Positions 1-14,800 of a DNA stretch of 64,000 nt are shown one piece after another. How positions within the stretch are numbered: position 1 is the stretch's first letter; every line of letters begins with the position of its first letter. The notes under the pieces were generated by a model that did no database searches, had not been told where the DNA came from, and saw only the letters and a program-made list of their open reading frames with translations. The stretch is from Nemertoderma westbladi (lineage: Eukaryota > Animalia > Xenacoelomorpha): positions 1-64,000 of the forward strand of contig JAUCBJ010007007.1 in NCBI GenBank assembly GCA_032718475.1, given 5' to 3'. Position numbers and translations under genes: made by a program.

Positions 1-1518
1 CCCGCCCTTACTGACGTTGAAAATGCGATGAAACATTCCACGAACTACCCCCCGTTTGTATGCCTCAGGGGCACACGCAGTAGCATTAAGAACAAGCCCG
101 GTATCTGTAGGCTTGCGGTACCACGCCGTCGCAAGCGCGTGGTCAGTACGGGACACAACCAAATCAAGGAAAGGCAAGCGGCCCTGTTCCTCCAACTCAA
201 GTGTAAACTTAAGATTGGGGTGGAGGGCATTGACCTCTCTCAGCTTCTCAGTGGGGTCATTACTACCAACGCTAAACACGTCATCAACGTACCTATCGCT
301 AAGCTTGGTACCCGCCGCGATCTGCTCATCGAACTGTGACAGAAAGATGTTGGCGAGTATGGGACCCAAAGGGGAGCCCATGGCGACACCATCCCTCTGA
401 CAACGGTAGTTACCACGGTGATCCAGGAATACAACATCCTGTGTAGCAACCAACATAAGACGAATAAATTGGTCCTTGTTGATAGGCTGGTCAGGATGTT
501 GCTCGTACAGTAGATCAGCAGCAAGCTGCACCGCCTCCTTGAGTGGAACATTAGTGAATAAACTCACTACGTCCAGGGAGTAGAGGCGGTCCGTGGGTTC
601 TACCTCCAGCTCGGCGAGACGATCGGCAGCCCCGGCGCTGTTAGTACCAATCCTACCCTCTGGCAGCACCTGCAACATGTCCCTGAGGTACTCAGCGACA
701 GGGTGGTAGATGCTGCCGGGCATTGAAGTTATCGGGCGGAGGGGGACACCAGCCTTGTGGACCTTAGCGAGGCCATACAGCCTCGGGGGAGTAGTATCCT
801 TGCGCGGTAGTAACTTGGCTAGGAGTTCCTTACTCTCCTTACCCACAATACTGGTGACCTCGTCCCGTATAACCTCGGCCCTACGACGGTAAATATCGAT
901 CTTCACAGCACCCGGGCGGCCTGGAGGGGGACCAAACTTGGCGGGGTCGGCGATGAGAGTATCAGCCCTGGTCAGATACGACTCCTTCCTCATAACACAA
1001 TAGCCGTTCCCCTTGTCAAAAGGCACAGCAATCAGGCCCTGTTGCTTCAAGTAACGCGCGGTTGTAGCGACAGCATCTGACTGCCGCTGTAAGCGCATTA
1101 ACCTGGCGTAATTCTGGGAGTGGTGTGACACACTTACTTTGTCAGCATCAGTGGCGCGGGTGAAATAATCTACCTGAGAGTAGAAGAGTGCGGTGTCAAA
1201 CTTGGTTTTGACCGGGTTCTTGGCCCCAAGTCTGAGCACCGACTCAACCGTCTCAGGCAGAACAATACCATCCTCGCACCGGACTGTGCCGTGGACATTA
1301 AGTAAGGGTGTCCCTTGGCTTCCGGCCCACCACCTAAACTTCTCGTCCTGGTCGGCCCTCCGCCGCTCGAGTTTACCGTTACACCAGGTGTTAGCCTGGT
1401 GGACGGCATCCTCAATCAGCTGAGAGTCTCCCAGTCGAGTGGCAAGGTGATGCTTGGTACTCTCCACACGACCCTCTGCAGCCTTCAGCTCATTCACCCT
1501 CCTAGCTATGGTTGTAAT
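1..1518 (-). pseudogene. PLE reverse transcriptase, 5'-truncated and interrupted by a stop near 1170
   Basis: The - strand reads GVAMGSPLGPILANIF (~345-392), RYVDD (~281-295), LPFLDL (~165-182), LYGLAKVHKAGVPLRPI (~730-780) and PFDKGNGY (~1002-1025), all typical of PLE RT. Confidence 0.85.
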
Positions 1519-2619
1519 GTAGATAATCCCAGGCCTATCATCTGTAAGTTTGAGTACCGCGGTCGGGCTACCGAACTTTTCGTTCGTAGGCTACGTGGTC
1601 TAGTACCGAGATCTTGCGCACGGCCAGTGCGGTTTGTTTACACAACTGCCAAACTGCGCCAATCACTGCCATCATTGAAACATCCGGTTCCCGATATTCT
1701 GGAACAGGGCCGCTTGCCTTTCCTTGATTTGGTTGTGTCCCGTACTGACCACGCGCTTGCGACGGCGTGGTACCGCAAGCCTACAGATACCGGGCTTGTT
1801 CTTAATGCTACTGCGTGTGCCCCTGAGGCATACAAACGGGGGGTAGTTCGTGGAATGTTTTATCGCATTTTCAACGTCAGTAAGGGCGGGGATGGCTCCC
1901 AGCTCCTTTCTGCAATTGGCGAAGCTAACACCATTCTTAGCAATAACCAATATACGAATGCGATGATTCAACGCGAGCTTACCGCCGTCCGTGCCGCTAG
2001 GGGGCGTCCTGGCAATTGTAGTGAGAGCGAGGTGACTGCGGTTGCACCCACTGAGGTCATTGACCTGGTGGATCCAGCACCCGTAGATAATCCCAGGCCT
2101 ATCATCTGTAAGTTTGAGTACCGCGGTCGGGCTACCGAACTTTTCGTTCGTAGGCTACGTGGTCTAGTACCGAGATCTTGCGCACGGCCAGTGCGGTTTG
2201 TTTACACAACTGCCAAACTGCGCCAATCACTGCCATCATTGAAACATCCGGTTCCCGATATTCTGGCTTCTAACGTCGTGTATTCATTTGCTTGTCCCTC
2301 TTGTAAGGGGGAATATGTTGGACATACCATCCAACACTTATTTGAACGCGTTAGACAGCATCAAGACGGGTCGGCCAATGATGGTAGTGAACAAGGCAAG
2401 ACAGTTCACAACCATATCATGACGCACCGCGGGGAGCCCAACACACGTTGGTTGACCGACTGGCGAGAGTTGTTCAAACACTTCAAGGTTATTGCACGGC
2501 ACCCTTTGCGTCCTGTCCTGCAAAAACTAGAAATGTTTTATATACGCACTCGCCAGCCAGCTATTAACAAGCAGAAACGTGATTGGCGCAAGTTTGAGGT
2601 GCTGCTTCCCAGTGGTTAG
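1519..2619 (+). CDS. PLE C-terminal region: RT thumb plus GIY-YIG endonuclease. The first part of ORF 1315..2619 is a chimera created by the inversion junction.
   Basis: LPFLDLVV...WYRKPTDTG (PLE RT C-terminus) is followed by NVVYSFACPSCKGEYVGHTIQHLFERVRQH...LEMFYIR...PAIN, a PLE GIY-YIG domain with CxxC. Confidence 0.8.
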   Translation, partial: VDNPRPIICKFEYRGRATELFVRRLRGLVPRSCARPVRFVYTTAKLRQSLPSLKHPVPDILEQGRLPFLDLVVSRTDHALATAWYRKPTDTGLVLNATACAPEAYKRGVVRGMFYRIFNVSKGGDGSQLLSAIGEANTILSNNQYTNAMIQRELTAVRAARGRPGNCSESEVTAVAPTEVIDLVDPAPVDNPRPIICKFEYRGRATELFVRRLRGLVPRSCARPVRFVYTTAKLRQSLPSLKHPVPDILASNVVYSFACPSCKGEYVGHTIQHLFERVRQHQDGSANDGSEQGKTVHNHIMTHRGEPNTRWLTDWRELFKHFKVIARHPLRPVLQKLEMFYIRTRQPAINKQKRDWRKFEVLLPSG

Positions 2620-2698
2620 ACGGATACACTTCTACCTTGTTTCACTTTACCGTCCCGTCTCCCTTGGGAACTTCTATCTATTGTCTCCTTTCTAGCAC

Positions 2699-2797
2699 TA
2701 GCTACTTGAGAAAGCCCCCATTGGGGCGAAACCTACTGATCAGCTGACAGCCGTCAGCTGATTACTGATTGCATGCAACGTCTAATGGTCAGTTGCT
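2699..2797 (+). ncRNA. Candidate type I hammerhead ribozyme in the PLE 3' UTR (U3-A8 core variant)
   Basis: TTGAGAA (2706-2712), then stem II GCCCC-CATT-GGGGC, GAAACC (2728-2733), a long hairpin TGATCAGCTGAC/GTCAGCTGATTA (2737-2764), and GGTC (2787-2790). Stem I pairing (AGCTAC with GTTGCT) is imperfect. Confidence 0.55.
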
Positions 2798-2882
2798 TTT
2801 TTATTTTAGTATTTGTATCGTACTGTACTGGCATACCTACCGGTAAGGTTTTTTACTTCAGCTTGACAATTAAAGAATAAAA

Positions 2883-5800
2883 TAACTATGTTACCGAGTG
2901 TCGGACAATCTAATAACTCCCTTAACTAAGTTACCGAGCGTCGGACAATCTAATAATTCACTTAACTATAGTTACCGAGTGTCGGACAATCTAATAACTC
3001 ACTTAACTATAGTTACCGAGTGACGGACAATCTAATAACTAACTAACTATAGTTACTGAGTGTCGGACAATCTAATAACTCACTTAACTATGTTACGGAG
3101 CGTCGGACAATCTAATAACTCACTTAACTAAGTTACCGAGTGTCGGACAATCTAATAACTAACTAACTATAGTTACTGAGTGTCGGACAATCTAATAACT
3201 CACTTAACTAATTTACCGAGTGTCGGACAATCTAATAACTCACTTAACTATAGTTACCGTGTCGGACAATCTAATAACTCACTAACTATAGTTACAGAGC
3301 GTCGGACAATCTAATAACTCACTTAACTAAGTTACCGAGTGTCGGACAATCGAATAACTAACTAACTATAGTTACCGAGTGTCGGACAATCTAATAACTC
3401 ACTTAACTATGTTACGGAGCGTCGGACAATCTAATAACTCACTTAACTAAGTTACCGAGTGTCGGACAATCTAATAACTAACTAACTATAGTTACTGAGT
3501 GTCGGACAATCTAATAACTCACTTAACTAAGTTACCGAGTGTCGGACAATCTAATAACTCACTTAACTATAGTTACCGAGTGTCGGACAATCTAATAACT
3601 CACTGAACTATAGTTACAGAGCGTCGGACAATCTAATAACTCACTTAACTAAGTTACCGAGTGTCGGACAATCTAATAACTAACTAACTATAGTTACCGA
3701 GTGTCGGACAATCTAATAACTAACTAACTATAGTTACCGAGTGTCGGACAATCTAATAACTCACTTAACTATAGTTACCGAGTGTCGGAAAATCTAATAA
3801 CTAACTAACTATAGTTACCGAGTGTCGGACAATCTAATAACTCACTTAACTAAGTTACCGAGCGTCGGACAATCTAATAACTCACTTAACTAAGTTACCG
3901 AGTGTCGGACAATCTAATAACTCACTTAACTATAGTTACGGAGCGTCGGACAATCTAATAACTAACTAACTATAGTTACCGAGTGTCGGACAATCGAATA
4001 ACTCACTTAACTAAGTTACCGAGCGTCGGACAATCTAATAACTCACTTAACTATAGTTACGGAGCGTCGGACAATCTAATAACTCACTTAACTAAGTTAC
4101 CGAGTGTCGGACAATCTAATAACTCACTTAACTATAGTTACGGAGCGTCGGACAATCTAATAACTAACTAACTATAGTTACCGAGTGTCGGACAATCGAA
4201 TAACTCACTTAACTAAGTTACGGAGCGTCGGACAATCTAATAACCCACTTAACTATAGTTACCGAGTGTCGGACAATCTAATAACTCACTTAACTATAGT
4301 TACCGAGTGTCGGACAATCTAATAACTAACTAACTATAGTTACCGAGTGTCGGACAATCTAATAACTCACTTAACTATAGTTACCAAGCGTCGGACAATC
4401 TAATAACTCGCTTAACTAAGTTACGGAGCATCGGACAATCTAATAACTAACTAACTATAGTTACCGAGTTTTGGACAATCTAATAACTCACTTAACTATA
4501 GTTACCGAGCGTCGGACAATCTAATAACTCGCTTAACTAAGTTACGGAGCGTCTGACAATCTAATAACTAACTAACTATAATTACCGAGTGTCGGACAAT
4601 CTAATAACTCACTTAACTATAGTTACGGAGCGTCGGACAATCTAATAACTCACTTAACTATAGTTACCGAGTGTCGGACAATCTAATAACTAACTAACTA
4701 TAGTTACCGAGTGTCGGACAATCTGATAACTCACTTAACTATAGTTACCGAGTGTCGGACAATCTAATAACTAACTAACTAACTATAGTTACTGAGTGTC
4801 GGACAATCTAATAACTCACTTAACTAATTTACCGAGTGTCGGACAATCTAATAACTCACTTAACTATAGTTACCGTGTCGGACAATCTAATAACTCACTA
4901 ACTATAGTTACAGAGCGTCGGACAATCTAATAACTCACTTAACTAAGTTACCGAGTGTCGGACAATCGAATAACTAACTAACTATAGTTACCGAGTGTCG
5001 GACAATCTAATAACTCACTTAACTATGTTACGGAGCGTCGGACAATCTAATAACTCACTTAACTAAGTTACCGAGTGTCGGACAATCTAATAACTAACTA
5101 ACTATAGTTACTGAGTGTCGGACAATCTAATAACTCACTTAACTAAGTTACCGAGTGTCGGACAATCTAATAACTCACTTAACTATAGTTACCGAGTGTC
5201 GGACAATCTAATAACTCACTGAACTATAGTTACAGAGCGTCGGACAATCTAATAACTCACTTAACTAAGTTTCCGAGTGTCGGACAATCTAATAACTAAC
5301 TAACTATAGTTACCGAGTGTCGGACAATCTAATAACTAACTAACTATAGTTACCGAGTGTCGGACAATCTAATAACTCACTTAACTATAGTTACCGAGTG
5401 TCGGAAAATCTAATAACTAACTAACTATAGTTACCGAGTGTCGGACAATCTAATAACTCACTTAACTAAGTTACCGAGCGTCGGACAATCTAATAACTCA
5501 CTTAACTAAGTTACCGAGTGTCGGACAATCTAATAACTCACTTAACTATAGTTACGGAGCGTCGGACAATCTAATAACTAACTAACTATAGTTACCGAGT
5601 GTCGGACAATCGAATAACTCACTTAACTAAGTTACCGAGCGTCGGACAATCTAATAACTCACTTAACTATAGTTACGGAGCGTCGGACAATCTAATAACT
5701 CACTTAACTAAGTTACCGAGTGTCGGACAATCTAATAACTCACTTAACTATAGTTACGGAGCGTCGGACAATCTAATAACTAACTAACTATAGTTACCGA

Positions 5801-8800
5801 GTGTCGGACAATCGAATAACTCACTTAACTAAGTTACGGAGCGTCGGATAATCTAATAACCCACTTAACTATAGTTACCGAGTGTCGGACAATCTAATAA
5901 CTCACTTAACTATAGTTACCGAGTGTCGGACAATCTAATAACTAACTAACTATAGTTACCGAGTGTCGGACAATCTAATAACTCACTTAACTATAGTTAC
6001 CAAGCGTCGGACAATCTAATAACTCGCTTAACTAAGTTACGGAGCATCGGACAATCTAATAACTAACTAACTATAGTTACCGAGTTTTGGACAATCTAAT
6101 AACTCACTTAACTATAGTTACCGAGCGTCGGACAATCTAATAACTCGCTTAACTAAGTTACGGAGCGTCTGACAATCTAATAACTAACTAACTATAGTTA
6201 CCGAGTGTCGGACAATCTAATAACTCACTTAACTATAGTTACGGAGCGTCGGACAATCTAATAACTCACTTAACTATAGTTACCGAGTGTCGGACAATCT
6301 AATAACTAACTAACTATAGTTACCGAGTGTCGGACAATCTGATAACTCACTTAACTATAGTTACCGAGTGTCGGACAATCTAATAACTCACTTAAATAAG
6401 TTACCGAGCGTCGGACAATCTAATAATTCACTTAACTATAGTTACCGAGTGTCGGACAATCTAATAACTCACTTAACTATAGTTACCGAGTGACGGACAA
6501 TCTAATAACTCGCTTAACTAAGTTACGGAGCGTCGGACAATCTAATAACTAACTAACTATAGTTACCGAGTGTCGGACAATCTAATAACTCACTTAACTA
6601 TAGTTACCGAGCGTCGGACAAACTAATAACTCACTTAACTATAGTTACCGAGCGTCGGACAATCTAATAACTCACTAACTATAGTTACCGAGTGTCGGAC
6701 AATCTGATAACTCACTAACTATAGTTACCGAGTGTCGGACAATCTAATAACTCACTTAACAAAGTTACCCAGTGTCGGACAATCTAATAACTCACTTAAC
6801 TATAGTTACCGAGTGTCGGACAATCTAATAACTCACTAACTATAGTTACCGAGTGTCGGACAATCTAATAACTCACTTAACTAAGTTACCGAGCGTCGGA
6901 CAATCTAATAATTCACTTAACTATAGTTACCGAGTGTCGGACAATCTAATAACTCACTTAACTATAGTTACCGAGTGACGGACAATCTAATAACTAACTA
7001 ACTATAGTTACTGAGTGTCGGACAATCTAATAACTCACTTAACTATGTTACGGAGCGTCGGACAATCTAATAACTCACTTAACTAAGTTACCGAGTGTCG
7101 GACAATCTAATAACTAACTAACTATAGTTACTGAGTGTCGGACAATCTAATAACTCACTTAACTAATTTACCGAGTGTCGGACAATCTAATAACTCACTT
7201 AACTATAGTTACCGTGTCGGACAATCTAATAACTCACTAACTATAGTTACAGAGCGTCGGACAATCTAATAACTCACTTAACTAAGTTACCGAGTGTCGG
7301 ACAATCGAATAACTAACTAACTATAGTTACCGAGTGTCGGACAATCTAATAACTCACTTAACTATGTTACGGAGCGTCGGACAATCTAATAACTCACTTA
7401 ACTAAGTTACCGAGTGTCGGACAATCTAATAACTAACTAACTATAGTTACTGAGTGTCGGACAATCTAATAACTCACTTAACTAAGTTACCGAGTGTCGG
7501 ACAATCTAATAACTCACTTAACTATAGTTACCGAGTATCGGACAATCTAATAACTCACTGAACTATAGTTACAGAGCGTCGGACAATCTAATAACTCACT
7601 TAACTAAGTTACCGAGTGTCGGACAATCTAATAACTAACTAACTATAGTTACCGAGTGTCGGACAATCTAATAACTAACTAACTATAGTTACCGAGTGTC
7701 GGACAATCTAATAACTCACTTAACTATAGTTACCGAGTGTCGGAAAATCTAATAACTAACTAACTATAGTTACCGAGTGTCGGACAATCTAATAACTCAC
7801 TTAACTAAGTTACCGAGCGTCGGACAATCTAATAACTCACTTAACTAAGTTACCGAGTGTCGGACAATCTAATAACTCACTTAACTATAGTTACGGAGCG
7901 TCGGACAATCTAATAACTAACTAACTATAGTTACCGAGTGTCGGACAATCGAATAACTCACTTAACTAAGTTACCGAGCGTCGGACAATCTAATAACTCA
8001 CTTAACTATAGTTACGGATCGTCGGACAATCTAATAACTCACTTAACTAAGTTACCGAGTGTCGGACAATCTAATAACTCACTTAACTATAGTTACGGAG
8101 CGTCGGACAATCTAATAACTAACTAACTATAGTTACCGAGTGTCGGACAATCGAATAACTCACTTAACTAAGTTACGGAGCGTCGGACAATCTAATAACC
8201 CACTTAACTATAGTTACCGAGTGTCGGACAATCTAATAACTCACTTAACTATAGTTACCGAGTGTCGGACAATCTAATAACTAACTAACTATAGTTACCG
8301 AGTGTCGGACAATCTAATAACTCACTTAACTATAGTTACCAAGCGTCGGACAATCTAATAACTCGCTTAACTAAGTTACGGAGCATCGGACAATCTAATA
8401 ACTAACTAACTATAGTTACCGAGTTTTGGACAATCTAATAACTCACTTAACTATAGTTACCGAGCGTCGGACAATCTAATAACTCGCTTAACTAAGTTAC
8501 GGAGCGTCTGACAATCTAATAACTAACTAACTATAGTTACCGAGTGTCGGACAATCTAATAACTCACTTAACTATAGTTACGGAGCGTCGGACAATCTAA
8601 TAACTCACTTAACTATAGTTACCGAGCGTCGGACAATCTAATAACTCGCTTAACTAAGTTACGGAGCGTCGGATAATCTAATAACTAACTAACTATAGTT
8701 ACCGAGTGTCGGACAATCTAATAACTCACTTAACTATAGTTACGGAGCGTCGGACAATCTAATAACTCACTTAACTATAGTTACCGAGTGTCGGACAATC

Positions 8801-11800
8801 TAATAACTAACTAACTATAGTTACCGAGTGTCGGACAATCTGATAACTCACTTAACTATAGTTACCGAGTGTCGGACAATCTAATAACTCACTTAAATAA
8901 GTTACCGAGCGTCGGACAATCTAATAACTCACTTAACTATAGTTACCGAGTGTCGGACAATCTAATAACTAACTAACTATAGTTACCGAGTGTCGGACAA
9001 TCTGATAACAAAATTACTTAACTATAGTTACCGAGTGTCGGACAATCTAATAACTCACTTAAATAAGTTACCGAGCGTCGGACAATCTAATAATTCACTT
9101 AACTATAGTTACCGAGTGTCGGACAATCTAATAACTCACTTAACTATAGTTACCGAGTGACGGACAATCTAATAACTCGCTTAACTAAGTTACGGAGCGT
9201 CGGACAATCTAATAACTAACTAACTATAGTTACCGAGTGTCGGACAATCTAATAACTCACTTAACTATAGTTACCGAGCGTCGGACAATCTAATAACTCG
9301 CTTAACTAAGTTACGGAGCGTCGGACAATCTAATAACAACTAACTATAGTTACCGAGTGTCGGACAATCTAATAACTCACTTAACTATAGTTACGGAGCG
9401 TCGGACAATCTAATAACTCACTTAACTATAGTTACCGAGTGTCGGACAATCTAATAACTAACTAACTATAGTTACCGAGTGTCGGACAATCTGATAACTC
9501 ACTTAACTATAGTTACCGAGTGTCGGACAATCTAATAACTCACTTAAATAAGTTACCGAGCGTCGGACAATCTAATAACTCACTTAACTATAGTTACCGA
9601 GTGTCGGACAATCTAATAACTCACTTAATTAAGTTACCGAGTGTCGGACAATCTAATAACTAACTAACTATAGTTACCGAGTGTCGGACAATCTAATAAC
9701 TCACTTAACTATAGTTACGGAGCGTCGGACAATCTAATAACTCACTTAACTATAGTTACCGAGTGTCGGACAATCTAATAACTAACTAACTATAGTTACC
9801 GAGTGTCGGACAATCTAATAACTCACTAACTATAGTCACCGAGCGTCGGACAATCTAATAACTCACTTAACTAAGTTACCGAGCGTCGGACAATCTAATA
9901 ACTCACTTAACTAAGTTACCGAGCGTCGGACAATCTAATAATTCACTTGACTATAGTTACCGAGAGTCGGACAATCTAATAACTCACTTAAATAAGTTAC
10001 CGAGCGTCGGACAATCTAATAACTCACTTAACTAAGTTACCGAGTGACGGACAATCTAATAACTCACTTAACTGAGTTACCGAGTGTCGGACAATCTGAT
10101 AACTAACTAACTATAGTTACCGAGCGTCGGACAATCTCATAACTCACTTAACTATAGTTACCGAGTGTCGGACAATCTAATAACTCATTTAACTAAGTTA
10201 CCGAGTGTCGCACAATCTAATAACTCGCTTAACTATAGTTACCGAGCGTCGGACAATCTCATAACTCACTTAACTATAGTTACCGAGTGTCGGACAATCT
10301 AATAACTCATTTAACTAAGTTACCGAGTGTCGCACAATCTAATAACTCGCTTAACTATAGTTACCGAGCGTCGGACAATCTAATAACTCACTTAACTATA
10401 GTTACCGAGTGTCGGACAATCTAATAACTCACTTAACTAAGTTACCGAGCTCGGACAATTTAATAACTCACTTAACTATAGTTACCGAGCGTCGGACAAT
10501 CTAATAACTCACTTCACTAAGTTACCGAGCGTCGGAGAGTCTAATAACTAACTTAACTAAGTTACGGAGCGTCGGACAATTTAATAACTCACTTAACTAT
10601 AGTTACCGAGCGTCGGACAATCTAATAACTCACTTAACTATAGTTACTGAGTGTCGGACAATCTAATAACTCGCTTAACTATAGTTACCGAGCGTCGGAC
10701 AATCTAATAACTCACTTAACTAAGTTACCGAGTGTCGGACAATCTAATAACTCACTTAACTAAGTTACCGAGTGTCGGACAATCTAATAACTCACTTAAC
10801 TAAGTTACGGAGCGTCGGACAATCTAATAACTCGCTTAACTATAGTTACCGAGCGTCGGACAATCTAATAACTCGCTTAACTATAGTTACCGAGCGTCGG
10901 ACAATCTAATAACTCACTTAACTAAGTTACCGAGTGTCGGACAATCTAATAACTCACTTAACTAAGTTACCGAGTGTCGGACAATCTAATAACTCATTTA
11001 ACTAAGTTACCGAGTGTCGCACAATCTAATAACTCGCTTAACTATAGTTACCGAGCGTCGGAAAATCTAATAACTCACTTAACTATAGTTACCGAGTGTC
11101 GGACAATCTAATAACTCACTTAACTAAGTTACCGAGCGTCGGACAATTTAATAACTTACTTAACTATAGTTACCGAGTGACGGACAATCTAATAACTCGC
11201 TTAACTAAGTTACGGAGCGTCGGACAATCTAATAACTAACTAACTATAGTTACCGAGTGTCGGACAATCTAATAACTCACTTAACTATAGTTACCGAGCG
11301 TCGGACAATCTAATAACTCGCTTAACTAAGTTACGGAGCGTCGGACAATCTAATAACTAACTAACTATAGTTACCGAGTGTCGGACAATCTAATAACTCA
11401 CTTAACTATAGTTACGGAGCGTCGGACAATCTAATAACTCACTTAACTATAGTTACCGAGTGTCGGACAATCTAATAACTAACTAACTATAGTTACCGAG
11501 TGTCGGACAATCTGATAACTCACTTAACTATAGTTACCGAGTGTCGGACAATCTAATAACTCACTTAAATAAGTTACCGAGCGTCGGACAATCTAATAAC
11601 TCACTTAACTATAGTTACCGAGTGTCGGACAATCTAATAACTCACTTAATTAAGTTACCGAGTGTCGGACAATCTAATAACTAACTAACTATAGTTACCG
11701 AGTGTCGGACAATCTAATAACTCACTTAACTATAGTTACGGAGCGTCGGACAATCTAATAACTCACTTAACTATAGTTACCGAGTGTCGGACAATCTAAT

Positions 11801-14800
11801 AACTAACTAACTATAGTTACCGAGTGTCGGACAATCTAATAACTCACTAACTATAGTCACCGAGCGTCGGACAATCTAATAACTCACTTAACTAAGTTAC
11901 CGAGCGTCGGACAATCTAATAATTCACTTGACTATAGTTACCGAGAGTCGGACAATCTAATAACTCACTTAAATAAGTTACCGAGCGTCGGACAATCTAA
12001 TAACTCACTTAACTAAGTTACCGAGTGACGGACAATCTAATAACTCACTTAACTGAGTTACCGAGTGTCGGACAATCTGATAACTAACTAACTATAGTTA
12101 CCGAGCGTCGGACAATCTCATAACTCACTTAACTATAGTTACCGAGTGTCGGACAATCTAATAACTCATTTAACTAAGTTACCGAGTGTCGCACAATCTA
12201 ATAACTCGCTTAACTATAGTTACCGAGCGTCGGACAATCTCATAACTCACTTAACTATAGTTACCGAGTGTCGGACAATCTAATAACTCATTTAACTAAG
12301 TTACCGAGTGTCGCACAATCTAATAACTCGCTTAACTATAGTTACCGAGCGTCGGACAATCTAATAACTCACTTAACTATAGTTACCGAGTGTCGGACAA
12401 TCTAATAACTCACTTAACTAAGTTACCGAGCTCGGACAATTTAATAACTCACTTAACTATAGTTACCGAGCGTCGGACAATCTAATAACTCACTTCACTA
12501 AGTTACCGAGCGTCGGAGAGTCTAATAACTAACTTAACTAAGTTACGGAGCGTCGGACAATTTAATAACTCACTTAACTATAGTTACCGAGCGTCGGACA
12601 ATCTAATAACTCACTTAACTATAGTTACTGAGTGTCGGACAATCTAATAACTCGCTTAACTATAGTCACCGAGCGTCGGACAATCTAATAACTCACTTAA
12701 CTAAGTTACCGAGTGTCGGACAATCTAATAACTCACTTAACTAAGTTACCGAGTGTCGGACAATCTAATAACTCACTTAACTAAGTTACGGAGCGTCGGA
12801 CAATCTAATAACTCGCTTAACTATAGTTACCGAGCGTCGGACAATCTAATAACTCGCTTAACTATAGTTACCGAGCGTCGGACAATCTAATAACTCACTT
12901 AACTAAGTTACCGAGTGTCGGACAATCTAATAACTCACTTAACTAAGTTACCGAGTGTCGGACAATCTAATAACTCATTTAACTAAGTTACCGAGTGTCG
13001 CACAATCTAATAACTCGCTTAACTATAGTTACCGAGCGTCGGAAAATCTAATAACTCACTTAACTATAGTTACCGAGTGTCGGACAATCTAATAACTCAC
13101 TTAACTAAGTTACCGAGCGTCGGACAATTTAATAACTTACTTAACTATAGTTACCGAGTGTCGCACAATCTAATAACTCGCTTAACTAAGTTCCCGAGTG
13201 TCGGACAATCTAATAACTCACTTAACTAAGTTACCGAGTGTCGGACAATCTAATAACTCACTTAACTAAGTTACGGAGCGTCGGACAATCTAATAACTAA
13301 CTAACTATAGTTACCGAGTGTCGGACAATCTAATAACTCACTTCACTAAGTTACCGAGGGTCGGACAATCTAATAACTCACTTAACTAAGTTACCGAGCA
13401 TCGGACAATCTAATAACTCACTTAACTATAGTTACTGAGTGTCGGACAATCTGATAACTCACGTAACTAAGTTACCGAGCGTCGGACAAACTAATAACTC
13501 ACTTAAATAAGTTACCGAGTGTCGCACAATCTAATAACTCGCTTAACTATAGTTACCGAGCGTACCGAGCGTCGGGCAATTTAATAACTCACTTAACTAT
13601 AGTTACTGAGTGTCGGACAATCTGATAACTCACTTAACTAAGTTACCGAGCGTCGGCCAAACTAATAACTCACTTAAATAAGTTACCGAGTGTCGCACAA
13701 TCTAATAACTTACTTAAATAAGTTACCGAGTGTCGCACAATCTAATAACTCGCTTAACTATAGTTACCGAGCGTCGGGCAATTTAATAACTCACTTAACT
13801 ATAGTTACCGAACGTCGGACAATCTAATAACTCACTTAACTATAGTTACTGAGTGTCGGACAATCTGATAACTCACTTAACTAAGTTACCGAGCGTCGGC
13901 CAAACTAATAACTCACTTAAATAAGTTACCGAGTGTCGCACAATCTAATAACTCACTTAAATAAGTTACCGAGTGTCGCACAATCTAATAACTCGCTTAA
14001 CTATAGTTACCGAGCGTCGGACAATTTAAAAACTCACTTAACTATAGTTACTGAGTGTCGGACAATCTAATAACTCGCTTAACTATAGTTACCGAGCGGC
14101 GGACAATTTAATAACTTACTTAACTAAGTTACCGAGTGTCGGACAACCTAATAACTCGTTTAACTATAGTTACCGAGCGTCGGACAATTTAATAACTCAC
14201 TTAACTATAGTTACCGAGGGTCGGACAATCTAATAACTCACTTAACTATACTTACCGAGCGTCGGACAATCTAATAACTCACTAACTATAGTTACCGAGT
14301 AGCGGACAGTCTAATAACTCACTTAACTAAGTTACCGAGTGTCGGACAATCTAATAATTCACTTAACTATAGTTACCGAGTGTCGGACAATCTAATAACT
14401 CACTTAAATATAGTTAACGAGTGTCGGAAAATCTGATAACTCACTAACTATAGTTACCGAGTGTCGGACAATCTAATAACTCACTTAACAAAGTTACCCA
14501 GTGTCGGACAATCTAATAACTCACTTAACTATAGTTACCGAGTGTCGGACAATCTAATAACTAACTAACTATAGTTACCGAGTGTCGGACAATCTAATAA
14601 CTCACTTAACTAAGTTACCGAGCGTCGGACAATCTAATAATTCACTTAACTATAGTTAGCGAGTGTCGGACAATCGAATAACTCGCTTAACTATAGTTAC
14701 CGAGCGTCGGACAATTTAATAACTCACTTAACTATAGTTACCGAGGGTCGGACAATCTAATAACTCACTTAACTATACTTACCGAGCGCCGGACAATCTA

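Larger units (their letters stand above)
1..2882. mobile_element. Penelope-like element (PLE), rearranged: - strand RT copy running off the window's left edge plus an inverted + strand 3' part (pseudo-LTR type arrangement)
   Basis: Bases 1-~190 are the reverse complement of ~1700-1890, and 1519-1702 duplicates 2083-2266. PLE-type RT motifs are on the - strand and a GIY-YIG endonuclease is on the + strand. A 3' UTR ends with AATAAA at ~2877. Confidence 0.9.
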
